A DNA stretch of 64,000 nucleotides from Candidatus Pelagibacterales bacterium (GTDB taxonomy: Bacteria > Pseudomonadota > Alphaproteobacteria > TMED109), in contig PAZF01000009.1 in assembly GCA_002715505.1 (NCBI GenBank), positions 4,583 to 68,582 of the forward strand. The letters run 5' to 3'. Numbering within the stretch: position 1 is the first letter of the stretch; every line of letters begins with the position of its first letter. The notes below the pieces were generated by a model that saw only the letters and a program-made list of their open reading frames with translations, was not told the DNA's origin and searched no databases. Positions 20,851 through 29,811 of the stretch are shown here, piece by piece. The position numbers were made by a program, and so were the translations under genes.

Positions 20851-21442
20851 AGAAGTACTTATAAAAATTCTTTTAATGTTAAGAAGCAATGGAATTAATA
20901 ATGAAAAAGTACTTTTATCTATAGAGAAAATACCACCGCATTATTTTTTGCATTTACTAGGTAACTACAAGTCTTTAGATTATATTAATTTTGAAGAGTT
21001 GGCAAGATTATCAAAAATTTTACAAGAGGCATTAAACTACAAAAAAAGACTAAGTAATGTTCTAATATTGGATTTTAAGCTAGGGTGGTATTTTTCAATT
21101 TCATCACTTTTGGCAAAAAGAATATACGGCTTATGTTCTGATAAAAAAAAAATTGAGAAAACAGAAAAAGTTTTCAAAAAACTCGGTTTATCTAATATTT
21201 TTATTAAAAAAAGTTCTCATTATTTAGATTGGAAGCACGTAGCACCTTTCGATCTTATAGTAGCTTTCAAAAGCAACAATATCATACCTAGCAAATACTT
21301 AGACCTTCTATCCAATGAAGGTCTATTGTTTTTTACTAAAGAAAATATAGGTAAAGTTAGTATAATTAAGTGTAGTAAAAATAAAAAAATAGAGAAATTA
21401 AAAGTTAAAGAATTTTCTTTAGATGAAAATATTATTTTATGA
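20840..21442 (+). CDS. Degenerate Pcm-like protein (eroded SAM and substrate motifs)
   Basis: 200-aa ORF with a TTG start, in the pcm slot of surE-pcm-nlpD. The N-terminus resembles Pcm (LRSNGINNEKVLLSIEKIPPHYF). Motif I reads VLILDFKLGWYF instead of VLEIGTGSGY, and the TISQP motif is absent. Confidence 0.6.
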   Translation: MKNREVLIKILLMLRSNGINNEKVLLSIEKIPPHYFLHLLGNYKSLDYINFEELARLSKILQEALNYKKRLSNVLILDFKLGWYFSISSLLAKRIYGLCSDKKKIEKTEKVFKKLGLSNIFIKKSSHYLDWKHVAPFDLIVAFKSNNIIPSKYLDLLSNEGLLFFTKENIGKVSIIKCSKNKKIEKLKVKEFSLDENIIL

Positions 21443-22311
21443 AATACAAAAAAAATATTAAATTTATAATTATTGTAATTATTACAATTTTAATAACTGG
21501 TTGCGGAAAACAATTAACCTTTCCAAAAATAGAGGAGGGTATTTTCTCTGATAGACAAAAAAAAGCCTATGGGGAAAAAAGATTAAAAATTACTACTGGA
21601 GATACCCTGAAAAGTATTTCTGATAAATATAAAGTATCAATAAGAGAAATAATAAAATTTAATAATCTTAAAAAACCATATATTTTAAAGCCAGGTAAAA
21701 CATTATCTATTCCTAAACCAGTAAGATATAAAATAAATAAAGGAGACTCTTTATTTAAAATTGCTAAATGTTCTAGAATTAATATTGAAGATATAGTGCA
21801 AAGAAATAACAATCTTCAAGAAAGAAGACTCATAGTAGGAAAATTTATAAATTTGCCATATTTTGCTAAAATTGAATATTGTAAGAATATTAAAAGAAAG
21901 AGTAATTCTAAGTCTAAAAAAAGTAATTATAATAAAAAGCTTTTTAAGTGGCCTGTGATAGGAAGAGTAATTGCAACATTTGGCATCAAAAATTCGGGTA
22001 GAAGAAATGATGGAATAAATATTAAAGCCCCGCCCGGTAGTCCAGTTAGGGCTGCGAAATCAGGAAAAGTTATATATAGAGGAAATGAACTCCCTGCCTG
22101 GGGAAACCTAATTTTAGTTAAACACAATAATGGTTGGACTACAGCCTATGCTCACTTAGATAAATTTTATGTTAAAATAGGAACAAATCTGAATGAAGGA
22201 GACATTCTGGGGTCTGTAGGAAAGACTGGAAATGTAGATGATTACCAGCTACATTTTCAAGTGAGAAAAAATTCTAAACCACGAGACCCTTTAAAATATT
22301 TATTTAAATAA
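21439..22311 (+). CDS. nlpD: LysM/M23 (LytM) lipoprotein, NlpD-like
   Basis: 290-aa ORF with a lipobox (LITGCGK), two LysM repeats and a C-terminal LytM domain. The metal ligands are degenerate (NDGINI for HxGxD; QLHFQV for HLHFE), as in the amidase activator NlpD. Confidence 0.85.
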   Translation: MKYKKNIKFIIIVIITILITGCGKQLTFPKIEEGIFSDRQKKAYGEKRLKITTGDTLKSISDKYKVSIREIIKFNNLKKPYILKPGKTLSIPKPVRYKINKGDSLFKIAKCSRINIEDIVQRNNNLQERRLIVGKFINLPYFAKIEYCKNIKRKSNSKSKKSNYNKKLFKWPVIGRVIATFGIKNSGRRNDGINIKAPPGSPVRAAKSGKVIYRGNELPAWGNLILVKHNNGWTTAYAHLDKFYVKIGTNLNEGDILGSVGKTGNVDDYQLHFQVRKNSKPRDPLKYLFK

Positions 22312-22316
22312 ACTTT

Positions 22317-23129
22317 TTATTCATTTAACAATAAAAATTTAACAAAGTTTAAAGCTTCCCTTCCAGAATAGGATCCTCTTAATACTGACCACTCAACTGC
22401 CTTTTTTTTTATTATTTCTGTTTTCAACTTTAATTTTAATTGCTTTGCATAAAAAAGAACAATTTTGATGTATTCCTCTTGACTAAAACTGTGAAACCCT
22501 AACCATATTCCAAATCTATCGGATAAAGAAATAAGATTTTCATTTGTATCTTTGTTATGAGTATCATTTAAGTTATCATGAAAATTATTTCTTACAAGAT
22601 GTCTGTAATTTGAAGTTACGTAGTAAATAATATTAGTGTTGCTCCTTAAACTACCTTCTAATGTATTTTTAAATAATATAAATTTATCATCATTGCACTC
22701 AAAGGAAAAGTCATCACAAAATATTATTATTTTTTTTCTATCTCTATCTATTAGTCTTAAAATTTTTGGAATACATTCTATTTGAAAAAATTTGATTTCT
22801 ATCATAGAAAAAGAAAATTTTTTTATAAGTAAATCATATATAGACAAAACTAAAGAGGATTTGCCAGTACCTCTCGCTCCCCACAGTAATACGCTATTGG
22901 CTGGCTTTCCATTTAAAAATTGTATCGTATTATTGACTAAGGTTTTTTTTTTTCCATCCAAAAAGAGTAAACTATTACTGCTATTTTCATTTTTATTTTT
23001 AATTTTATAAAATTGATTATCTTCATTGCTCCATTCTAAAAGTCCTGAATTAATAGCTTTTGCTCGGAAAAGTCTGGGTTTACTTATTATTTTAAAATTT
23101 TTATTAATTTTATTTAGATAATTAAGCAT
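22317..23129 (-). CDS. DUF815-type AAA ATPase
   Basis: 270-aa ORF with a Walker A motif (WGARGTGKSSLV). It occupies the typical alphaproteobacterial position divergent from yajC-secDF. Confidence 0.75.
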   Translation of the reverse strand: MLNYLNKINKNFKIISKPRLFRAKAINSGLLEWSNEDNQFYKIKNKNENSSNSLLFLDGKKKTLVNNTIQFLNGKPANSVLLWGARGTGKSSLVLSIYDLLIKKFSFSMIEIKFFQIECIPKILRLIDRDRKKIIIFCDDFSFECNDDKFILFKNTLEGSLRSNTNIIYYVTSNYRHLVRNNFHDNLNDTHNKDTNENLISLSDRFGIWLGFHSFSQEEYIKIVLFYAKQLKLKLKTEIIKKKAVEWSVLRGSYSGREALNFVKFLLLNE

Positions 23130-23235
23130 GTCAGATAGAATTTTTTTTTTTCATTATAAAATTATATAATTGATTTATAAGAGTATCTGAACTAGATTAA
23201 AATGCAATAACTGGCTATTTGTTAAGGAGTTTTGT

Positions 23236-23562
23236 ATGATAGTAAATTTAGCATATGCCCAAACATCTCAAGCATCTGGAGGGCAAGGTTTTATAATTCA
23301 ACTTTTACCATTAATATTAATTTTTGTGGTTTTTTATTTTCTTTTAATAAGACCTCAACAAAAAAGAGTAAAACAGCATAAAGAAATGGTCTCTTCTCTC
23401 AAAGTAGGAAATCAAATTATAACCTCTGGAGGAATGTTGGCTAAAATTGTTAAAGTAGACGATGATAATATTGTTACTATATCAATTTCAGATGGAGTTA
23501 ACGTAAAAGTTAAAAGAGAGACAATATCAGAAGTTTTGGCAGATAGTCCCGTTAACAAATAA
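23236..23562 (+). CDS. yajC: Preprotein translocase subunit YajC
   Basis: 108-aa ORF with the YajC motif (FYFLLIRPQQKRVKQHKEMVSSLKVGNQIITSGGMLAKIV). AAGGAG upstream. Confidence 0.9.
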   Translation: MIVNLAYAQTSQASGGQGFIIQLLPLILIFVVFYFLLIRPQQKRVKQHKEMVSSLKVGNQIITSGGMLAKIVKVDDDNIVTISISDGVNVKVKRETISEVLADSPVNK

Positions 23563-23566
23563 AAAT

Positions 23567-25111
23567 ATGAAAAATCTAAATACTAAATTCTTAGTAACTA
23601 TATCTATAGTGTTTTTTAGCTTTTTTTTTGCTATCCCAGCTTTATTCCAAAATTATAAAATCCTCCCTAAATTTATAGATACTAAATCTATACGTCTAGG
23701 ACTAGACCTACAAGGAGGATCTCAGCTTTTACTGCAAATAGAGACAAGGGAAGCATTGAGAGAAAAACTACTTAATCTATCTGAAGATGTTAGAGTAAAA
23801 CTTGAAGATAATAAAATTTTAACTGATGATATTTCTGTAATAAATAATGAAGTAAAAATCACTTTAAATGTTAAAAATGAAGCAGAAAAAGCATTAAAAA
23901 TAATTAATGATTTTGAATCAGTAAAAGTTGAAAATGAGAATTTTTTAATAAAGTTAAATTTTGATGAAAAATATATTAATGAGTTTTATAGCTCATTAGT
24001 AATACAATCTCTAGAAATTATAAGAAAGAGAATAGATGAAATAGGAACGAATGAACCAATCATACAAATACAGGGAAATCAAAGAATTCTTGTGCAACTT
24101 CCTGGATTAAAAGATCCAGATAGAATAAAAGCTTTGCTAGGAAAAACAGCAAAAATGAATTTTAGGCTTGTTGACGAAAAAAATATGCAATTGGTTAATG
24201 AGAAAAAGTATTTTGTGGGATCAGAAATTGTAAAAGATTCAGATACTGAAATAAGATATGTTATTAAAAAAAGAGTAGGTGTAAGCGGGGATAATTTAAA
24301 AGATGCAAGTGCGTCAGTAGATCAGTTTAATAGACCAGTAGTTTCATTAGTATTTGACAGTATTGGGTCTAGGAAATTTGCTGATTTAACAAGCAAACAT
24401 GTGGGTAAAAGATTTGCAATTGTGTTAGACAATAAAGTAATTTCTGCTCCGGTAATTCAAGAACCAATTCCCACTGGAAATGCTCAAATTTCTGGAAACT
24501 TTACTTTTGAAACTGCTAATGATTTAGCTATCTTATTAAGAGCCGGTTCTTTGCCAGCTCCTATCAGTATAGCTGAAGAACGCACAGTTGGCCCTAGCCT
24601 AGGAAAAGATTCAATAAAAGCAGGATCAACATCACTAATAATAGCTTTTGTTTTAGTTCTGGTTTATATGTTCTTAATTTATGGAAAGGTTGCGCTAATT
24701 GCAAATACAGTTTTAATTATTAACATACTTTTTCTATTTTCATGGTTAGTCCTATTAGAAGCAACTCTCACCTTGCCAGGAATTGCTGGCATTGCACTAA
24801 CAGTAGGAATGGCAGTGGATGCAAATGTTCTTATTTTTGAAAGAATAAGAGAAGAGCAAGTTTTAGGAAGGTCAAAAATAAATGCTATAGATACAGGTTT
24901 TTCACAGGCATTTAGAGCAATATTAGATGCCAATATTACTACTTTGATTGCTGCTTTTATTCTATTTTTTATGGGGTCTGGACCAATAAAAGGTTTTTCA
25001 ATAACTTTAGGACTTGGAGTTTTTAGTACAATTATTTGTACAATGATAGTAAGTAGATTGTTAATTAATTACTTTTACATTAGTAATAAAAATAGGGAGC
25101 TCAAGTTATAA
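23567..25111 (+). CDS. secD: Protein translocase subunit SecD
   Basis: 514-aa ORF with a large periplasmic loop and a C-terminal six-TM SecD/F domain (LGLDLQGG, VGPSLGKDSI). Confidence 0.95.
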   Translation: MKNLNTKFLVTISIVFFSFFFAIPALFQNYKILPKFIDTKSIRLGLDLQGGSQLLLQIETREALREKLLNLSEDVRVKLEDNKILTDDISVINNEVKITLNVKNEAEKALKIINDFESVKVENENFLIKLNFDEKYINEFYSSLVIQSLEIIRKRIDEIGTNEPIIQIQGNQRILVQLPGLKDPDRIKALLGKTAKMNFRLVDEKNMQLVNEKKYFVGSEIVKDSDTEIRYVIKKRVGVSGDNLKDASASVDQFNRPVVSLVFDSIGSRKFADLTSKHVGKRFAIVLDNKVISAPVIQEPIPTGNAQISGNFTFETANDLAILLRAGSLPAPISIAEERTVGPSLGKDSIKAGSTSLIIAFVLVLVYMFLIYGKVALIANTVLIINILFLFSWLVLLEATLTLPGIAGIALTVGMAVDANVLIFERIREEQVLGRSKINAIDTGFSQAFRAILDANITTLIAAFILFFMGSGPIKGFSITLGLGVFSTIICTMIVSRLLINYFYISNKNRELKL

Positions 25112-25112
25112 T

Positions 25113-26030
25113 ATGTTGATTAGATTAATTAAGAAAACTCCAGATATAAACTTTTTAGGAAGTAGAAAACTTTTTTTTATAACCTCTGGAATTTTATCTT
25201 TAGTATCAGTATTTTTTTTAGTATTTAAAGGATTAAATTTTGGAATTGATTTTAAGGGTGGACTATTAATTGAAACTTCCTTTGCTAAGGATATTGAAAT
25301 TAACTTGATAAGAAAAAAGCTAGGTGAAATTGTTCCTGGTGACTTTTCTATACAAAGCCTAGATAATTCAAAAAATAACTATCTTATAAAAATTGAAACT
25401 TTAAATACTAATAGAAAAAATAACCAAGAGCTTATTGTAAAAATAAAGGAAACTTTGAATAAGGAATATTTAAATGTTGACTATAGACGTCTTGAATATG
25501 TTGGTCCTACGGTTAGCAAAGAGCTAATTAAAGCTGGAATTTTTTCTATTTTGATAGCAATTAGCGCCATGCTTGTTTATATTTGGTTTAGATTTGAATT
25601 ACCTTTTGCAATAGGAGCAGTGATAGCTCTTATACATGATATAATTCTTACCATTGGAATGTTCTCTATTACTTCTTTAGAGTTTAACTTAGCTACAGTA
25701 GCAGCACTGCTTCTGATAATAGGATATTCTATGAATGATACTGTAGTAGTTTACGATAGAATAAGAGAAAATTTAAAAAAATTTAGAAAAATTAGTATTA
25801 TTTCATTGCTTAATAAATCAGTAAATGAAACTCTTTCAAGAACAATAAACACTACTGCGACTACTATTTTAGCATTATTGGCATTATTTATTTTTGGAGG
25901 TAATATTATAAAAGATTTTAGTTTTGCTATGATTTGGGGAATATTAATAGGGACATATTCTTCGATATTAATTGCAACTCCGGTCCTAGTTTTTTTAAAT
26001 GTTAAAAGAAATCAACCCAAAGAGGAATAA
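25113..26030 (+). CDS. secF: Protein translocase subunit SecF
   Basis: 305-aa ORF with SecF motifs (GIDFKGG, VGPTVSKEL, YDRIREN). Confidence 0.95.
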   Translation: MLIRLIKKTPDINFLGSRKLFFITSGILSLVSVFFLVFKGLNFGIDFKGGLLIETSFAKDIEINLIRKKLGEIVPGDFSIQSLDNSKNNYLIKIETLNTNRKNNQELIVKIKETLNKEYLNVDYRRLEYVGPTVSKELIKAGIFSILIAISAMLVYIWFRFELPFAIGAVIALIHDIILTIGMFSITSLEFNLATVAALLLIIGYSMNDTVVVYDRIRENLKKFRKISIISLLNKSVNETLSRTINTTATTILALLALFIFGGNIIKDFSFAMIWGILIGTYSSILIATPVLVFLNVKRNQPKEE

Positions 26031-26038
26031 ATTATAAT

Positions 26039-26419
26039 TTGCAAATAGAGTTTGAAAATTTATCTAATGAAAATTTTATTTCATCATTTGGCAAAGATTT
26101 CATAATAATAAAAAATAAAAAATATTTTAAAAATTTAATATTGATAGATACTTTGATTGATGTAAATGTTGGATCTAATTCTATATTTGCAGAAGATCTA
26201 GTTAGAAAAAAAATAGAAATAATCAGCAAGAATAGAATTGATTTTATATTATTTGGTATGGGAAAACAAATAGGAAGGTTACCTATTAAAACCATTAAGC
26301 TCTTAATAAAGAAAAAGATACCTTATGAAATAATGACTAGTGTTTCAGCATTTAAGACTTACAACATTCTGCTTTCACAAGGAAGAAGAACTTTAGCATT
26401 TTTAAAGCTAGAGACCTAA
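26039..26419 (+). CDS. Mth938-like (DUF498) domain protein
   Basis: 126-aa ORF with a TTG start. The C-terminal region (ILFGMGKQIGRLPIKTIKLLIKKKIPYEIMTSVSAFKTYNILLSQGRRTLAFL) resembles the Mth938/NDUFAF3 fold. It follows secF, as in other alphaproteobacteria. Confidence 0.6.
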   Translation: MQIEFENLSNENFISSFGKDFIIIKNKKYFKNLILIDTLIDVNVGSNSIFAEDLVRKKIEIISKNRIDFILFGMGKQIGRLPIKTIKLLIKKKIPYEIMTSVSAFKTYNILLSQGRRTLAFLKLET

Positions 26420-29233
26420 AGCACTTTTGAGGTAATGAGCCGTATAACTAATTTTTTTCTTTATTATTTCTTCTGGAGGTCCTTCAGCAATAATTTGTCC
26501 TCCCTTCTCTCCCCCATCAACACCTAAGTCTATAATCCAATCTGAACATTTTAAAATATCCAAATTATGCTCTATTACAATAATAGTATTTCCATTGTCA
26601 GTGAGCTCCTGTAAAATGTTTATTAATTTATTAACATCATCAAAATGAAGACCTGTCGTAGGTTCATCGAGTATGTAGAGAGTTTTTCCAGTTGCTTTTT
26701 TTGAAAGCTCTTTAGCTATTTTAATTCTTTGAGCTTCCCCTCCTGAAAGGGTTGTTGCTGATTGTCCAATCTTCATATAACCTAAACCAACTTTGCTAAG
26801 CATTTCTAACTTTGAAGCTATTGATGGAATGGCTTTAAAAACTTCTTTTGCTTCATCTACGGAAAGTTGTAAAACATCTGATATGCTTTTATCCTTATAT
26901 TTTATTTCAAGAGTTTCATCATTAAATCTTCTCCCTTTACACTCTTCACATTTTACATAAACATCAGATAGAAAGTGCATTTCTACTTTTTTAAGGCCAT
27001 CACCACCACATACCTCACATCTTCCTCCTTTTACGTTAAATGAAAATCTCCCAGATTTATAGCCTCTTTCTTTTGACTCAGGTAAAAGGGCAAACCATTC
27101 TCTTATAGGGGTGAAAGATCCTGTATATGTAACAGGGTTTGACCTTGGTGTTCTTCCTATTGGAGATTGTGTAATATTTACTACTTTATCTATAAAATGT
27201 CCTCCCTTAAAATCTTTATAATTTCCTTGTTTGAGTTTTGTTTTATAGATAAAATTATATAAAGCAGGGTATAGAGTATCAATGATAAGACTAGATTTTC
27301 CACTACCTGATACTCCAGAAATACAACAAAATAATCCTAATGGTATATTCAAATTTATTTTTTTTAAATTATTAGTTCTTACATCTGTAAAACTTAATAA
27401 TTTATTGGAATTTTTTACTCTTCTTTTATTAGGTATTAAAATTAATTTTTTTCCAGACAAATACAAAGATGTAAGGCTGTTCTTATTATTTATAATATCT
27501 TTAAGTTTACCTTGGGCTACTACTTCTCCTCCATTCAATCCAGCAAATGGTCCTATATCAATAATATGGTCAGCTTGCCGAATAGCATCCTCATCGTGTT
27601 CTACAACTATTACTGAATTATTTAAGTCTCTGAGTCTTACTAAAGTTTTTAATAATCTTGCATTATCTTTTTGATGTAATCCAATTGATGGTTCGTCTAA
27701 AACATAAAGCACTCCAGTAAGACCAGATCCTATTTGTGATGCTAATCTGATTCTTTGACTTTCTCCACCAGACAATGTAGCAGATGATCTGGATAAAGAT
27801 AAATAATCTAAACCAACATCACAAAGAAATGCTAGCCTATTTTTTATTTCTCTTAAAATTGGTTTAGCAATTATTTTATCATTTCCTGTTAATTTAGCAT
27901 CTAGACTGGTAATCCAGCGAAGAAGATTTTCTATAGAATAATTTGTAATAATTCCAATATTCTTATCATCAATTTTTACTGATAGCGATTTTTCGTTTAG
28001 TCTTAAACCATTACAGGACTTACATTCTTTAGAAGAAATATATTTTTCGTATTCCTCTTTCATCCAAGAGTCTCTAATATATTTAAATTGATTTTCAAAT
28101 AGGTGCATCAAGCCTCTAAATGGTTTGTAATTTCTGCTTCTAAATCTTCCAAAACTTCTTTCCTCAACTAGAATATCACTGGAGCCATACAACAAAATAT
28201 TAATATCATTCTTTTTATTACTTTCAAAAGGTATACTTAAGTCAAGATCTGTATGTTCTATAACCTTTTTTAAGACCCTTTGATAATAATTATTAATTCC
28301 TCTCCTCCAAGGTAGAATTGCTCCATCCATTATAGATAATTTTTTATTAGGTATCAAAAGGTCTGGATCAAAAAAGTTTTTTTCTCCTAGTCCTTCACAG
28401 TTTTCACATGCACCAAAAGGACTATTAAAGGAAAACATTCTAGGTTCAATTTCCTCTATAGTAAATCCAGATATGGGACAAGAGAAATTTGCAGAAAATA
28501 TTTCTATATTATTAGTATCTACATCTAAAATATAAACCAACCCACTAGATAAACTTAAGGCAAGTTCTATACTGTCAGCAAGTCTATTTGATAAATTATC
28601 TCCAGTAATTAGCCTGTCAATTACTAAATCAATATCATACTTAAAGTTTTTATTTAACTTAGGTAATTTATCGAACTCATATAGCTTTTTATTAACAAAC
28701 AATCTTTGAAAACCTTTTTTTCTTAAATCAGCTAGTTCTTTTTTAAATTCACCTTTTTTTGACCTTACAATGGGTGACAAAATAAAAATTTTTTTATTTT
28801 TAGGAAGAGTTTTAACTTTTTTAATAATTTCTGATGAGGTCTGCTTAGTGATAGGCTTTCCTGTTGTTGGAGAATATGGAATACCTACCCTTGCATATAA
28901 CAATCTAAGATAATCATAAATTTCTGTAATAGTTCCTACTGTAGACCTAGGATTTTTTGAAACTGTTTTCTGATCAATGGCAATTGCAGGCGACAAACCT
29001 TCTATTCTATCTAAATCAGGTTTATCCATCATTTGTAAAAATTGTCTAGCATATGCAGATAAGCTTTCTACATACTTTCTTTGTCCTTCTGCATAGATTG
29101 TTTCAAAAGCTAAAGTAGATTTACCGCTTCCTGAGACTCCAGTAATTACTACAATCTTATTTTTTGGTATTTCCAAAGAAATATTTTTAAGATTATTTTC
29201 TCTTGCACCTTTTATAATAATTTTATCTTTCAT
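26408..29233 (-). CDS. uvrA: Excinuclease ABC subunit A
   Basis: 941-aa ORF with two ABC ATPase modules ([23 protein letters not shown]), zinc-finger cysteines and LSGGE signatures. Confidence 0.97.
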   Translation of the reverse strand: MKDKIIIKGARENNLKNISLEIPKNKIVVITGVSGSGKSTLAFETIYAEGQRKYVESLSAYARQFLQMMDKPDLDRIEGLSPAIAIDQKTVSKNPRSTVGTITEIYDYLRLLYARVGIPYSPTTGKPITKQTSSEIIKKVKTLPKNKKIFILSPIVRSKKGEFKKELADLRKKGFQRLFVNKKLYEFDKLPKLNKNFKYDIDLVIDRLITGDNLSNRLADSIELALSLSSGLVYILDVDTNNIEIFSANFSCPISGFTIEEIEPRMFSFNSPFGACENCEGLGEKNFFDPDLLIPNKKLSIMDGAILPWRRGINNYYQRVLKKVIEHTDLDLSIPFESNKKNDINILLYGSSDILVEERSFGRFRSRNYKPFRGLMHLFENQFKYIRDSWMKEEYEKYISSKECKSCNGLRLNEKSLSVKIDDKNIGIITNYSIENLLRWITSLDAKLTGNDKIIAKPILREIKNRLAFLCDVGLDYLSLSRSSATLSGGESQRIRLASQIGSGLTGVLYVLDEPSIGLHQKDNARLLKTLVRLRDLNNSVIVVEHDEDAIRQADHIIDIGPFAGLNGGEVVAQGKLKDIINNKNSLTSLYLSGKKLILIPNKRRVKNSNKLLSFTDVRTNNLKKINLNIPLGLFCCISGVSGSGKSSLIIDTLYPALYNFIYKTKLKQGNYKDFKGGHFIDKVVNITQSPIGRTPRSNPVTYTGSFTPIREWFALLPESKERGYKSGRFSFNVKGGRCEVCGGDGLKKVEMHFLSDVYVKCEECKGRRFNDETLEIKYKDKSISDVLQLSVDEAKEVFKAIPSIASKLEMLSKVGLGYMKIGQSATTLSGGEAQRIKIAKELSKKATGKTLYILDEPTTGLHFDDVNKLINILQELTDNGNTIIVIEHNLDILKCSDWIIDLGVDGGEKGGQIIAEGPPEEIIKKKISYTAHYLKSALGL

Positions 29234-29309
29234 ATCTTCTCAAGAAATTAAATTTTTTTAATATTAAAATAATATAGTAAATATATTGCCAATCTGGTAT
29301 AAAATGTTT

Positions 29310-29783
29310 ATGGCTTATAGTATTAATAAAGTAACCCTAGTAGGAAACGTTGGAAATGATCCAGAGGTAAAAACTTTTCAAAATGGTAATAAGGTAGTAA
29401 ATCTCTCTCTAGCCACAAGTGAACGTTGGAAGGATAAAGAGTCAGGGGAAATTAAGTCAAATACAGAGTGGCATAGGATTGCAATTTTCAACGTATTACT
29501 AGCAGATATAGCCGAAAAGTATATAAAAAAAGGAGCAAAAATATATCTAGAAGGTCAGTTACAAACAAGAAAATGGCAAGATAGTAATGGTGTAGATAAA
29601 TACACAACTGAAGTAGTGGTTCAAAATTATAGAGGAGAGTTAGTTTTATTGGATAGATCAAATGATAATAACTCATTAGGTAATTATGAAGATCAAAATA
29701 AATCATCGAAATCTTCAAAAGAAACTTCTAATAAAGAAATTACAAATGAACTAGATTCTTTAGAAGATGATATTCCTTTCTAA
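29310..29783 (+). CDS. ssb: Single-stranded DNA-binding protein
   Basis: The ORF track starts at TTG 29286; the ATG at 29310 gives the canonical N-terminus MAYSINKVTLVGNVG. OB fold plus an acidic C-terminal tip (DDIPF). Confidence 0.93.
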   Translation: MAYSINKVTLVGNVGNDPEVKTFQNGNKVVNLSLATSERWKDKESGEIKSNTEWHRIAIFNVLLADIAEKYIKKGAKIYLEGQLQTRKWQDSNGVDKYTTEVVVQNYRGELVLLDRSNDNNSLGNYEDQNKSSKSSKETSNKEITNELDSLEDDIPF

Positions 29784-29811
29784 TATTTCAATTTATATTT
29801 AAGAGATAAAA

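Noticed and set aside
29234-29309. SOS (LexA) operator in the divergent uvrA-ssb promoter region.
   Set aside because: The spacer contains no GTTC/GAAC element, so the alphaproteobacterial GTTC-N7-GTTC box is absent. I found no CTGT-N8-ACAG-type box either.
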